Positions 10,415-20,234 of a stretch of 64,000 nt of DNA are shown here, piece by piece; within the stretch, counting starts at the first letter, position 1; the number at the start of each line of letters is the position of its first letter. Position numbers and translations under genes: made by a program. The stretch spans positions 1 to 64,000 of the forward strand of contig CAVWHO010000003.1 of assembly GCA_963754875.1 (NCBI GenBank), given 5' to 3'. Source of the stretch: Nitrospirota bacterium (GTDB lineage: Bacteria; Nitrospirota; UBA9217). The notes beneath the pieces were generated by a model. That model saw only the letters and a list, made by a program, of their open reading frames with translations, was not told where the DNA came from and ran no database searches.

Positions 10415-11890
10415 TTATGTGGTCGATGAGTGTCTCATCGGGATCTTCAGACGCTGACCGATCCTGAGCAATCTTCCTGAACGGAGATTGTTCGCATCAA
10501 GGATCCTCTGCGTGCTCGTCCGGTACCGGAGCGCAATGAGGGACAAAGTCTCGCCGCGCCGAACGCGATGGACCACAAATTCCACCTTCGGCGGCGACCA
10601 TTTCGGCATTTTATCGAGGCTGGCGAGCACCGCTTCTCCTTTTCCGGGTGGCACTTTGAGTGCATAAGCAGTATTTGGCGTGGCGTCGCGCCGCAATTCG
10701 GGATTGAGTGCCGAAAGATCTTCCACATCAATGCCTAATTCCTTTGCCACTGCGCTCAAACGAACCGGTCTTTCGATGGTCACCGTCTCGCAGGAGAGCG
10801 GTTTGTCAGGCTCGTCCAGCGTAAATCCATACTTTGCCGGATCATTTATGATCGCCAAAACGGCAAGGAACCTGGGGAAATAGCGCGCCGTTTCACGCGG
10901 GAGCCGCTCGTAGAAATCCCAAAAATTATCGAGGTAATCGGCTTTTTCTTCCCTGATCACGCGCGCTACGGAACCTTCACCGCAATTATACGCCGCAAGA
11001 ACCGTTGCCCAGTCGCCGAACATCTGATGGAGCTCTTTAAAATAGGCGATAGCCGCTGCCGTAGATTTCTCGGGATCGAGCCGTTCATCAATCCAGGCAT
11101 TTCTCTTGAGCCCGAATTTATATCCCGTCGACGGGATGAACTGCCAAAGACCGAATGCTCGAGAGCGGGACAATGCCCGAATCTTGAACCCGCTTTCAAT
11201 AAGCGGTAGCCACGACAGCTCTTCGGGGAGACCGGCCTCTTTCAATGCCTTCACCATCTCGCCGCGATACCTGCCTGAGCGTTTATAGGACTCGAGGAAG
11301 AAGTCTCGTTCCTGGGTCTGGAAGGACTGTATCTCACTCAGCACGTGATCGTTCACTACCATGGGGATCGCGTTATGGTTTCCCTTGACTGCGACCTGGC
11401 GGGAAGCGTACATTTCCATGATTCTTTTGGAAATCATGAAGCGGAGATCTTCTTTTTGTTGGGAGAGCTTCGAGTTGTTCGGGACCTTCAAAATAAGGGC
11501 GTAGGCCTGGTCCAGCGATTCGATCGCGTGGTCCATGTCGTCATCTTCCCAATACTCTTGCGCCGTGTCGGTAAGCTCCAGGGCCGCATCGAGAAGCGAC
11601 TGGTCATCATCGGCTGGCTCTTTTTTCACGAGCGTGGAATCGTTATCATTTTGGTTCTGCGAAGTGATATCCGCTGAAGCTGAATCGGTTGGTTCCTGTC
11701 CTACCCCGCTGACAGAAGAAGCTGTTTCGTCCGATGCCACTGCCTGCAGAGGAGGTTGCAATTGTGGTTCAGGATGTACGCTCGTTGCGATCGCCGGGGT
11801 AGGTATAGATTTGTGCGCGCAGCCGAGCAAGATAATGGACGCTGAGCAGAAGAGAATACTTATTATGAATAATGAATGCGGTAATCTCAT
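10415..11890 (-). CDS. MltD-like lytic transglycosylase lipoprotein (SLT + LysM)
   Basis: Lipobox LLGC; LPLIESG, GLWQFIPSTG, AAYNCGEG and LPRETARY; C-terminal LysM HRVRRGETLS. Start placed at MRLPHS. Confidence 0.92.
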   Translation of the reverse strand: MRLPHSLFIISILFCSASIILLGCAHKSIPTPAIATSVHPEPQLQPPLQAVASDETASSVSGVGQEPTDSASADITSQNQNDNDSTLVKKEPADDDQSLLDAALELTDTAQEYWEDDDMDHAIESLDQAYALILKVPNNSKLSQQKEDLRFMISKRIMEMYASRQVAVKGNHNAIPMVVNDHVLSEIQSFQTQERDFFLESYKRSGRYRGEMVKALKEAGLPEELSWLPLIESGFKIRALSRSRAFGLWQFIPSTGYKFGLKRNAWIDERLDPEKSTAAAIAYFKELHQMFGDWATVLAAYNCGEGSVARVIREEKADYLDNFWDFYERLPRETARYFPRFLAVLAIINDPAKYGFTLDEPDKPLSCETVTIERPVRLSAVAKELGIDVEDLSALNPELRRDATPNTAYALKVPPGKGEAVLASLDKMPKWSPPKVEFVVHRVRRGETLSLIALRYRTSTQRILDANNLRSGRLLRIGQRLKIPMRHSSTT

Positions 11891-12082
11891 AATTATCAGT
11901 CCGCATAATAAACGAACAGGAATGAAAAAGCAAACCAAATTATGAAATCCCTGAATTTTGTTTACAACGCGAAATGAACGATAGTTGTTTGACAGAGAAC
12001 AGTCTCGGGTATTATACTGAGCCACGCTTGTTGTACTAACGGCTGTCCACTGACATGATCAATCTGATTGGGGATAGAAATC

Positions 12083-12685
12083 ATGCAAAGAACATCATTC
12101 AGCGCTTTCATGAAAAAAGTGGTTTTGATAATACTGCTCGCCTTTGTTGCTTCCTGCGCAGGACCTCAGCCTGTTCGCTCATCCAGGCTCCCGGAGCGAA
12201 AAAGCAAACCCGGCATAAACATTTCAAAACTCGAAAAAACAATCCACACCCTGATCAATCAAGAACGTCAACGGAACGGGTTGTCCTCGATCTCGTGGGA
12301 TAATATGCTCGCAGAAATTGCACGAAAGCACAGCAGGGACATGACAAAAAGAAATTATTTTGACCACTATTCTCCGGAGGGACATGATTATCTGTATCGC
12401 TATCGGCAAGAGGGATATCAGTGTGCCGTAAACGATGGCCGTATAATCCATATGGGCGCCGAGAATATTGCCCTTAACCACCTCTATGATTCCGTAACGA
12501 CGGTCAACGGTGAGGCCTTTTATGATTGGAATTCGCAGAACAAAATAGCCGGAACAACGGTCCAGGGGTGGATGAAAAGCCTTGGACACAGGAAGAACAT
12601 CTTGACCCCTTACTTCAGGAAAGAGGGCATCGGTGTGGTCATTTCACCTGACGGCAAGGTCTATATTACGCAGAATTTTTGCTGA
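12083..12685 (+). CDS. CAP/SCP-domain lipoprotein
   Basis: INQER, ARKHSRDM, AENIA, GWMKSLGHRKNIL and YITQNF; lipobox VASC. Confidence 0.92.
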   Translation: MQRTSFSAFMKKVVLIILLAFVASCAGPQPVRSSRLPERKSKPGINISKLEKTIHTLINQERQRNGLSSISWDNMLAEIARKHSRDMTKRNYFDHYSPEGHDYLYRYRQEGYQCAVNDGRIIHMGAENIALNHLYDSVTTVNGEAFYDWNSQNKIAGTTVQGWMKSLGHRKNILTPYFRKEGIGVVISPDGKVYITQNFC

Positions 12686-12687
12686 CC

Positions 12688-13071
12688 TTACCCCTTCCAT
12701 GCAATAAAATCCATTTCAACGGCGACATCCTTTGGCAACCTTGAAACCTCCACGGTGGCCCTGGCAGGAGGATCGGACGGGAAGTATCCCCCATAGACTT
12801 CGTTCACAGCGGCGAAATCAGCCATGTTCTTAAGATAGATCGTCGATTTAACAACGTTCAGCATACTGCATCCTGCAGCCAATAAAATGGCTTTGGCATT
12901 TTCCATCACCATTCTCGCCTGTGCACGAGTATCCGCCTGAACAACATTTCCTGATTTCGGGTCTATAGGTATCTGGCCTGACACGAAGACAAATCCTCCG
13001 GCTTCCACGGCTTGTGAATAGGGGCCGATCGCCTGTGGAGCATCCGTTGTATTAATGATTTTTCGCGGCAT
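12688..13071 (-). CDS. ridA: RidA (YjgF/YER057c/UK114) enamine deaminase
   Basis: APQAIGPYSQA, SGQIP and PARATVEVSRLPKDVAVE motifs. Confidence 0.93.
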   Translation of the reverse strand: MPRKIINTTDAPQAIGPYSQAVEAGGFVFVSGQIPIDPKSGNVVQADTRAQARMVMENAKAILLAAGCSMLNVVKSTIYLKNMADFAAVNEVYGGYFPSDPPARATVEVSRLPKDVAVEMDFIAWKG

Positions 13072-13292
13072 CACAACCTCCATTTAAACATTAAGTTATT
13101 GTTGTAAATATTTAATATTACGTTGTAATTTTAATATAAAGTAAACCATTATGTCTTGTGAGGGTAGAATGCTCGCTGATTGCTCAGGAATCATTTTGAC
13201 TCGAGCGTAACGCGTGAGTATTTTATAATCCGGCGTTGGAATTTGTCGTTGACCCGGCGGTAAAAATGACTATCAGGAATTCCCCGGCCAGC

Positions 13293-15440
13293 CTACCCGG
13301 TCTTTACACGCTTGACATCGAGTACGCCCTTTATTCCCTCGATGTTCTTGATGATCTTGTTCAGGTGCTCTACGTCCTTAATGTCAATGGTGAAATTAAG
13401 CGTGGCTTGCCGGTCCTCTCCGGTGATCGCTTCGGCGTGCGTGATGTTGGCATCTGCAGCGCTGATTGATGTCGATACGCTGGCCAGAAGACCAGGCTTG
13501 TCCTGGGTCTTTACTGATATTTTGACTGCATGGGCAGCGGCCTGCAAATCTCCCCAGGAAACGTCGATGAGCCTGTCCTTGTCAAAAGTAAGCTCGCCCA
13601 CGTTCGGACAATCGGCCGTATGAATGGATACTCCCCTTCCCCGCGTGATAAACCCGATCACTTTGTCGCCGGGTACGGGATTACAGCACTTGGACAGGTG
13701 AATAAGCATGTTGTCCATACCGCTGATCTTCATTGCTCCGCTTGATGGCTTTGCTTGCTTCTGGGGCGGTTTTTTGGGGATAGGCTCGATATGTGGTTTT
13801 TCAGGTGCCAGTTTGTTCGCCACCAGGTGGGCCGATACTTTGCCGTAACCTATGGCTGCAAGCAGATCATCGAGGGTGTTGTGGGACATCTCGTTTGCCA
13901 GATGAATGAGGTCTTCTGATTTGAAAATCTTGGACGGGTTGAGCTCGTGCTTCTTGAGGTCTTTTTCCAGGAGCTCCTTGCCGAGCAGGATGCTTCTTCT
14001 CCGCTCTTCAGCCTTGAGCCATGCCTTGATCCTCGTTCGGGCCTTTGAAGTTTTGACGAACTTGAGCCAGTCACGGCTCGGCGTATGGCCGGCCTGAGTA
14101 GTGACCTCGATCTTGTCGCCATTGCGCAGGACGTGTTTCAACGGGACGATCCTGCCGTTCACTTTTGCGGCTACGCACTGATGGCCGATGTCGGTATGGA
14201 CGCTGTAGGCAAAATCGACGGGCGTCGAACCCTGGGGCAGCTCTTTTACGTCCCCCCGCGGGGTGAAGACGTAGACCATGTCGGGAAACAGGTCCCCCTT
14301 GACCGTATCCATGAACTCCTTGGCATCAGGGAGGTCCCGCTGCCATTCCATGAGCTGGCGGAGCCAGGCGAACTGCTGCTCTTCGCGCTGGCTGATGGCG
14401 GATTTCTCCTTGTACCGCCAGTGCGCGGCGATGCCTTCCTCGGCCAGGCGATGCATTTCCTCGGTGCGTATCTGGAATTCCACGCGCTCGCCCTTCGGCC
14501 CGATGACCGTGGTGTGGAGCGACTGGTAGAGATTAGACTTGGGCACGCCGATGAAGTCCTTGAAACGGCCCGGCACGGGCGTCCAGAGGGAATGAATAAG
14601 GCCGAGGATGGCGTAGCAGTTCACCTTGGTGTCGGTTATGATGCGGATCGCAATCAGGTCGTACACGTCTTCGAAGGAGATCCCCTGTTTCTGCATCTTC
14701 TGGTAGATGCTGTAAAAATGCTTGGGCCGGCCTTTGACCTCGCCCTTGTATCCGTGCTCCGCGAGCTGCCCTTTCATGACCTCGATAAGGTCGTTGATGT
14801 ACGTTTCACGCTCGATGCGTCGCTGGTTGACCTTCCGGCTGAGGTCGTCGTAGGCCTCGCGGTTCAGGTACATGAACGAGAGGTCTTCCAGCTCGGTTTT
14901 GATCTTGGAAATGCCGAGGCGGTTTGCAAGCGGAGCATAGATATCGAGCGTTTCCTGGGCAATGCGTTTCTGTTTTTCCGACGGGAGCGATTTGAGCGTA
15001 CGCATGTTGTGGAGCCGGTCGGCGAGCTTGATGAGAATGACCCGGATATCCTTGGCCATGGCCACGACCATTTTGCGGAAATTTTCGGCCTCGCGCTGCT
15101 CGCGGCTCTGGAGTTCCATCCTGGAGAGCTTCGTCATGCCGTCCACCAGCATGGCGACCTCGGCGCCGAACATTGTCGTGATCTCTTCGAGCGTGGCGCT
15201 GGTGTCCTCTATGGTATCATGCAGAAGGCTCGCGGTCACGGTCGCGGCATCAAGTTTCAGGCTGGTAATGATGGCGGCCACTTCTATGGGATGGTTGAGG
15301 TAGGCTTCGCCGGAGAGGCGGGTCTGTCCCTGGTGGACCTTTGCAGAAAAGATATACGCACGCCGTATCGAATCGACGTCCGCGTCGGGGTTGTAGGTTT
15401 GGATCCGCTCGACTATGTCTTCAAGGCGAACCGCAGGCAT
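13293..15440 (-). CDS. rel: Bifunctional (p)ppGpp synthetase/hydrolase (long RSH)
   Basis: Intact HD motif LHDTIED, KLADRLHNMRT, RPKH, YQSLHT and EFQIRT; TGS, ZFD and ACT domains. Confidence 0.96.
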   Translation of the reverse strand: MPAVRLEDIVERIQTYNPDADVDSIRRAYIFSAKVHQGQTRLSGEAYLNHPIEVAAIITSLKLDAATVTASLLHDTIEDTSATLEEITTMFGAEVAMLVDGMTKLSRMELQSREQREAENFRKMVVAMAKDIRVILIKLADRLHNMRTLKSLPSEKQKRIAQETLDIYAPLANRLGISKIKTELEDLSFMYLNREAYDDLSRKVNQRRIERETYINDLIEVMKGQLAEHGYKGEVKGRPKHFYSIYQKMQKQGISFEDVYDLIAIRIITDTKVNCYAILGLIHSLWTPVPGRFKDFIGVPKSNLYQSLHTTVIGPKGERVEFQIRTEEMHRLAEEGIAAHWRYKEKSAISQREEQQFAWLRQLMEWQRDLPDAKEFMDTVKGDLFPDMVYVFTPRGDVKELPQGSTPVDFAYSVHTDIGHQCVAAKVNGRIVPLKHVLRNGDKIEVTTQAGHTPSRDWLKFVKTSKARTRIKAWLKAEERRRSILLGKELLEKDLKKHELNPSKIFKSEDLIHLANEMSHNTLDDLLAAIGYGKVSAHLVANKLAPEKPHIEPIPKKPPQKQAKPSSGAMKISGMDNMLIHLSKCCNPVPGDKVIGFITRGRGVSIHTADCPNVGELTFDKDRLIDVSWGDLQAAAHAVKISVKTQDKPGLLASVSTSISAADANITHAEAITGEDRQATLNFTIDIKDVEHLNKIIKNIEGIKGVLDVKRVKTG

Positions 15441-15500
15441 AATGACCCTCGAACTCGAAGTGCCCAACAGGAAGCTTCATGTAACATCGAAGAAGCAATT

Positions 15501-15634
15501 AACCACGGATGAACACGGATAAATTCTGATTCATCCCGGCATCCAACCGACAGGAGGACCAATTCTTGGTGAGTTGTTTAATTTGACTTAAGCAGGCTTT
15601 GTTTTTCTGTTTAAAACCGTGTTCATCTGTGGTT
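15501..15634. repeat. 134-bp intergenic element with 18-bp terminal inverted repeats
   Basis: AACCACGGATGAACACGG (15501-15518) versus CCGTGTTCATCTGTGGTT (15617-15634), 17/18 complementary. Confidence 0.75.
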
Positions 15635-15650
15635 CCAACTGCATTTTTAT

Positions 15651-16206
15651 AAAAACATCCTGAAATACCCAGCAGCTCTGCTGCTGGGATGAAAAGGATA
15701 TCCTGACGAAGTCAGGATGAGAATCTGTTACAATACGGGCCATGAGCCCATTGAGAAGAAGCAAACATAGCGTCTATGATCTGAAGTACCATTTTGTATG
15801 GATACCAAAATATCGAAGGAAGCTGTTCAGCGATCGAATGACGACGAGACTGAAAGAGATATTTCGTGAGATCGCAGAGCGATATGAATTTGAAATAGAT
15901 ACGATGGAAGCAATGGATGATCATGTGCATTTGTTTTTGGTTGTGCCACCGAAGTATGCTCCAGCGAGGGTAGTACAGATAATCAAAAGCATATCGGCAA
16001 AGATGATGTTTCGAGAATTCCCCGAGATAAAGAAAAAACTTTGGGGAGGAGAACTCTGGAATGACGGCTACTTTGTCCGTTCGGTTGGCGACAAAGTAAC
16101 GGCAGAAGTTATAAGAAAGTATATTCGGTATCAGCATGATGAGCAAGTTGGCTTTAGGTTCTAGCGCATTTAGGATGCCCCGCAGCTCTGCTGCGGGGTA
16201 ATTCAC
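15651..16206 (+). mobile_element. IS200/IS605-family insertion sequence (tnpA only, about 556 bp)
   Basis: Y1 transposase flanked by subterminal hairpins CCCAGCAG-CTCTG-CTGCTGGG (15668-15688) and CCCCGCAG-CTCTG-CTGCGGGG (16178-16198); target TTAT ends at 15650 and right end TCAC ends at 16206. Confidence 0.9.
15742..16164 (+). CDS. tnpA: IS200/IS605 Y1 (HUH) transposase
   Basis: YHFVWIPKYRR, DHVH (HUH), LWGGELWNDGYFV and catalytic YIRYQ. Confidence 0.97.
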   Translation: MSPLRRSKHSVYDLKYHFVWIPKYRRKLFSDRMTTRLKEIFREIAERYEFEIDTMEAMDDHVHLFLVVPPKYAPARVVQIIKSISAKMMFREFPEIKKKLWGGELWNDGYFVRSVGDKVTAEVIRKYIRYQHDEQVGFRF

Positions 16207-17975
16207 TTATCCGTCTTGATGTCCCGTATCTCCAGCTCGACTGTCGTGGCTCCGTTCCAGACATTGAGGCGAGGCGTAAATACGGCAGCCAGCCGGGCGC
16301 CGTCTCTCACCTGCTTGCCGAGCAGACTGCCTCGATTGAAGGCAATGGCACCGACGGCGGTTCCTTCTCCCTGTTTGAGGCGAAGCTTGAGATGGTTGCT
16401 GCCAACGATCCGGGATGAAACCACTTCGAGGCCTCGCGTCCCGAGCCGGGGCTCCGGATTACCCTGACCGAAGGGTGCAAGCTTCTCCATCTCCCGGACC
16501 AGGTCCATGGTCAGATCATCGAGCGTTACGGCGCCGTCCACGGACAACATACGCGTAAAGCCCTGCGGTCCCATACGCTCCATCACGATGCCGCTCAAAC
16601 GCTCGCGGAACAGCGGTATATTGTGCGGCGCTATGGTAAATCCCGCTGCATACTTGTGGCCGCCGAACCCCAGAAGGAGGCCCCTGCAGTCACGAAGGCC
16701 TTCATAGAGATCAAAGCCCTGGATGCTCCTGGCAGACCCTTTTCCCACGCCATTTTGTACGGAGATGAGCGCCGTAGGGCGATAAAACTCTTCCACTATC
16801 CTCGAAGAAACGATACCGATGACGCCGGGGTGCCAGGCATCTGACGACAGGACGATTGCGCCTACAGCCGAAATATCCGTCCGTAGACAGTGCTGCCGCG
16901 CATCGCTCCAGATGGACTCTTCGACGGCCTGACGCTCCTTGTTCACTGCATCGAGGGCAGATGCAAGTTTCCCGGCCTCTTCAAGAGAATCCGTCGTGAG
17001 CATCCGGAAGGCCATATCGGCCCGTTCGAGCCTGCCGCTCGCATTGATGCGCGGCGCCAGGGTAAACCCGACGGTGCCGACGCTGATCTTTTTTCCATGA
17101 AGCCCGGCTACCTGTTTCAATGCTGCAACACCCGGCCGTTGTGATAGTAAACTCGACGAAAGGAGGTCCAGTCCGTGTTTTATCAATATCCTGTTCTCGC
17201 CGATGACTTTGCCTACATCCGCTATTGTTCCGAGTGTCACCAGGTCGAGATAGGACAGGAGGCGCTCGTCATCGGCATTTGCTCCCAGAAGCGCTTGCGC
17301 AAACTTGAAGGCAATACCGACGCCGGTCAGCCCGCTAACCGACAGGCGAAACTCTGATGAAGACCCCTTCGTAACCAGCGCCGGATGAAGGATTGCAAAG
17401 GCATCGGGAAGAATAACGTCAGCGACACCGGAAGGACTCTTGGAACCGTTCAATCCGTCAGAATGGTTGAACTCATGGTGATCGGTAATGATCAGGTCTA
17501 ACCCAAGAGTACGGGCCGTAACGGCCTCCTGAAAGGCCGTAATACCGCAGTCAACAGATATGACTACGGACGCACCGGATTCCCGCAGCTTCGTCAGTGC
17601 GGCCGCGTTCAGTCCATAGCCCTCGGCAATCCGGTCAGGGATATAACCGCTTACCTTCGCACCGAGCCCTTTAAGCACGAGATAGAGGAGCGCTGTCCCG
17701 GTAACCCCGTCGACATCATAGTCGCCGAAGACAACGATATTCTCACTCGCGGCTATCGCCGTTCTGACGCGGTCCACTGCCCTGTCCATATGGCAGTACA
17801 TCGCCGGGTCGGATACCATCGACAGATCACAGGAAAGAAAGGACTTCGCTGCAGCCGGATCGGTAATCCCGCGATTGACCATCAACCGCGCAATGAGCGG
17901 GTGGAGCCCTGCCTGGTCCGAGAGCGTGTCTGCAATACGGGAATCAGGCTCTGCGAGGACCCATTTCATACTCAC
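16203..17975 (-). CDS. recJ: Single-stranded DNA exonuclease RecJ
   Basis: GDYDVDG, YIPDR..EGYG, ITDHH, GTIADV, PRINASGRL, GSARS, FGGH..AAG and PFGQGNPEP. Confidence 0.96.
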   Translation of the reverse strand: MSMKWVLAEPDSRIADTLSDQAGLHPLIARLMVNRGITDPAAAKSFLSCDLSMVSDPAMYCHMDRAVDRVRTAIAASENIVVFGDYDVDGVTGTALLYLVLKGLGAKVSGYIPDRIAEGYGLNAAALTKLRESGASVVISVDCGITAFQEAVTARTLGLDLIITDHHEFNHSDGLNGSKSPSGVADVILPDAFAILHPALVTKGSSSEFRLSVSGLTGVGIAFKFAQALLGANADDERLLSYLDLVTLGTIADVGKVIGENRILIKHGLDLLSSSLLSQRPGVAALKQVAGLHGKKISVGTVGFTLAPRINASGRLERADMAFRMLTTDSLEEAGKLASALDAVNKERQAVEESIWSDARQHCLRTDISAVGAIVLSSDAWHPGVIGIVSSRIVEEFYRPTALISVQNGVGKGSARSIQGFDLYEGLRDCRGLLLGFGGHKYAAGFTIAPHNIPLFRERLSGIVMERMGPQGFTRMLSVDGAVTLDDLTMDLVREMEKLAPFGQGNPEPRLGTRGLEVVSSRIVGSNHLKLRLKQGEGTAVGAIAFNRGSLLGKQVRDGARLAAVFTPRLNVWNGATTVELEIRDIKTDK

Positions 17976-17984
17976 GGCTGATCC

Positions 17985-18161
17985 TCATCCTTTATTTTCG
18001 CCTTTGTCCTTCTTTGACGCATCATCATCGGAAAGGCCTTTTTTGAAGCCCCGAATGGCCTTCCCGAGCCCTTCACCGAGCTGCGGCAGCCTGCTCCCTC
18101 CGAAAATCACCAGCGCAATGACCAAAATAATAATTAACTCCGGCATTCCCAATCCGCACAT
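17985..18161 (-). CDS. tatA: Twin-arginine translocase TatA/TatE subunit (58 aa; below the ORF-track length cutoff)
   Basis: Manual translation [42 protein letters not shown]...; GGAGG RBS. Confidence 0.93.
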   Translation of the reverse strand: MCGLGMPELIIILVIALVIFGGSRLPQLGEGLGKAIRGFKKGLSDDDASKKDKGENKG

Positions 18162-18724
18162 GCAGCCTCCTCGTAGTCCTGTGGCGTATTTAGATTTTTA
18201 AACGATTTCCGCCCCGGATCAAAGCGGTCTACTTCCTGCTCTGTCACGTAACGCATCTGTACCTGTCCGAACAACTCTCGAATGCGTCTCCGATCATGCT
18301 TTATCTGTTTTTCTATGAGCGGGATGAGGCTTTTTCGATACACTGCGTGCAACGGTTCAAGCAGTCCGTCGATAGATGGGACGACAACGTCATGGCCTTC
18401 GGCCAACCCTGCCATGTAGGAAATCAGGGCCGGATTCAGGTACGGCATATCGCAGGCCACAATGAAATTGTATTCTGTATAAGACCGCACAAGACCGGAG
18501 TAGATTCCGGTGAGCGGTCCCCGTGTATCAAACGCATCGGCCACCACGTTTACGCGGTAGGCTGCATACCGGTCCGGTGCATTCGTAACGATAATGATGT
18601 CGTGAAACACGCTCTGGAGTGACCTCAGAACGTGCTCGATCAGAGGGGCTCCCGCAACCTTCAGAAAAGCCTTGTCAGTGCCCATGCGCCGGTTCTCGCC
18701 GCCTGACAATACAATGCCCGTCAT
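18134..18724 (-). CDS. mobA: Molybdenum cofactor guanylyltransferase
   Basis: [32 protein letters not shown] and NLNTPQD. Confidence 0.92.
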   Translation of the reverse strand: MTGIVLSGGENRRMGTDKAFLKVAGAPLIEHVLRSLQSVFHDIIIVTNAPDRYAAYRVNVVADAFDTRGPLTGIYSGLVRSYTEYNFIVACDMPYLNPALISYMAGLAEGHDVVVPSIDGLLEPLHAVYRKSLIPLIEKQIKHDRRRIRELFGQVQMRYVTEQEVDRFDPGRKSFKNLNTPQDYEEAACADWECRS

Positions 18725-19011
18725 GTTTTAAAATTACAGCATTTACCCTGAGGTGTCAACAAGGAACTTGAGCGACCTTCATGATAATAAACGAAAAAAG
18801 AGGTTCTTTCATGATAGAGTTAACTGATTTCCCTTCGGGGCAAACCTTTAGAGGAGAAAGGGAGAAAAAAACGGGGAAATGGGGAAAAAGGCCGTGCACC
18901 AGTTTGCCTTCCCCCCTTTCGCATCTCATTTCACCCTTTCCCCTAACAGATTTTAGCCAGTCAGGAAGCAAATTCCTCAGAAAGTGGAGAAAATATTTTG
19001 TCGCGAAGACA

Positions 19012-19458
19012 TCAGGAGAATTTACGCACCATGACGCCTGCGACGTCGCTCTTCTTTTTCAGGATCTCTTCGATCTCTTCAGCAGTGAACAGCCTGCCTC
19101 TGCCCACACCTGGGCAGGATGGCGCGACCTCCTGTTCCCAGACATCGCCGTTCATGTTCTCGGGCCAGAACGGCCAGGTACGGCACTGCCAGGGTCGGGA
19201 AGCATAGACATCGCATTTGTTGTCTTTGAGAAAAGGGCAGTCCTTGTCAGTATATTTGAGTTCATGGAGACCGTCGATTTTTTTCACATATCTCGCCGTA
19301 AACTCCGTTAAGGAAAGGTGAAAATGGGCAGCCAGCCGCCGCCGGTCATTAAACGACAGGTAAACGTACCCGTATCTCCCCCGCGTTACGCAGCACTTGC
19401 CGTCGCCCTGGCATTCGAAGCGTATCCCATCCTGAAAAAATTGCTTTCCTTTACTCAC
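19012..19458 (-). CDS. YkgJ/UPF0153 family Cys-cluster (Zn or Fe-S) protein
   Basis: FEC..GKCC, CPFL...CDVY..RP.QCRTWPFW and CPG. Confidence 0.88.
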   Translation of the reverse strand: MSKGKQFFQDGIRFECQGDGKCCVTRGRYGYVYLSFNDRRRLAAHFHLSLTEFTARYVKKIDGLHELKYTDKDCPFLKDNKCDVYASRPWQCRTWPFWPENMNGDVWEQEVAPSCPGVGRGRLFTAEEIEEILKKKSDVAGVMVRKFS

Positions 19459-19516
19459 CGTTTTCAGGCCTCCTTGACCGGTATCCCCGCTTTCCTCCCG
19501 TGGTTTCCTCAGCAGG

Positions 19517-19804
19517 CTATTCCGGCTCTATCGTCGCAATCAGCGAGAATGACCGGAGCTGGTCCCGATGAAGCTCCGCTTGTTCCAGCGGCTCCACAAT
19601 ACACAGCGCAACGCCGTTATGGTGCGCTTCGAGCATGATCCGCTCGCATTCCTCCTTAGCAAACTTGAAAACCTGCATTAGAACGAGGACAACATGGTCC
19701 ATCGAATTTTTGTCGTCATTATGAAGCAGAACTTTATAACGCGGGATATGCGCCGTGTGCAGATGAGTGAGCTTCTCTGGAATGGTCGATGGCAGTCTGG
19801 TCAT
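19517..19804 (-). CDS. clpS: ATP-dependent Clp protease adaptor ClpS
   Basis: YKVLLHNDDKNSMDHVV and IMLEAH..G motifs. Confidence 0.92.
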   Translation of the reverse strand: MTRLPSTIPEKLTHLHTAHIPRYKVLLHNDDKNSMDHVVLVLMQVFKFAKEECERIMLEAHHNGVALCIVEPLEQAELHRDQLRSFSLIATIEPE

Positions 19805-20234
19805 TGGTATGAGCGGCTTGTCCGCAGGAAACAGTCGGACGCAGCGGACGGCATTGTGTCTGCCGTGGTCAAGCCCCTTGAATTCCGGACTCCTTCCTGA
19901 GTTTGTGCTCGTACATTACTTGATCGGCCTCCCGCGGCAGTTCGTCGATCAAACTTTGCTGATTAGGATCGTGAACAGCCACTGCCGATTTCCTATCGTT
20001 GAATAGGTTGAATAGGATGTAATCGACGTGCCTATCATATCAAATCCCGGCCCACGAAGCGAGCAAATCTTTGCGACTGCTGCTTTTACCGCAACATCCC
20101 GGCGCATAAGATTTGTTCCGCTCACCACCTTGACACCATATCAAGTCAGCGCTACCATTTATCCAGAGAAATTAAGACAATTAGTATCCTGATATATCAT
20201 AGACCTTTTGTAGCAGAGGAGGAGGAGGAAAGAC

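Noticed and set aside
14085..15512. 475-aa ORF on + strand
   Set aside because: Antisense shadow of rel; no recognisable motifs, typical of GC-rich codon bias.
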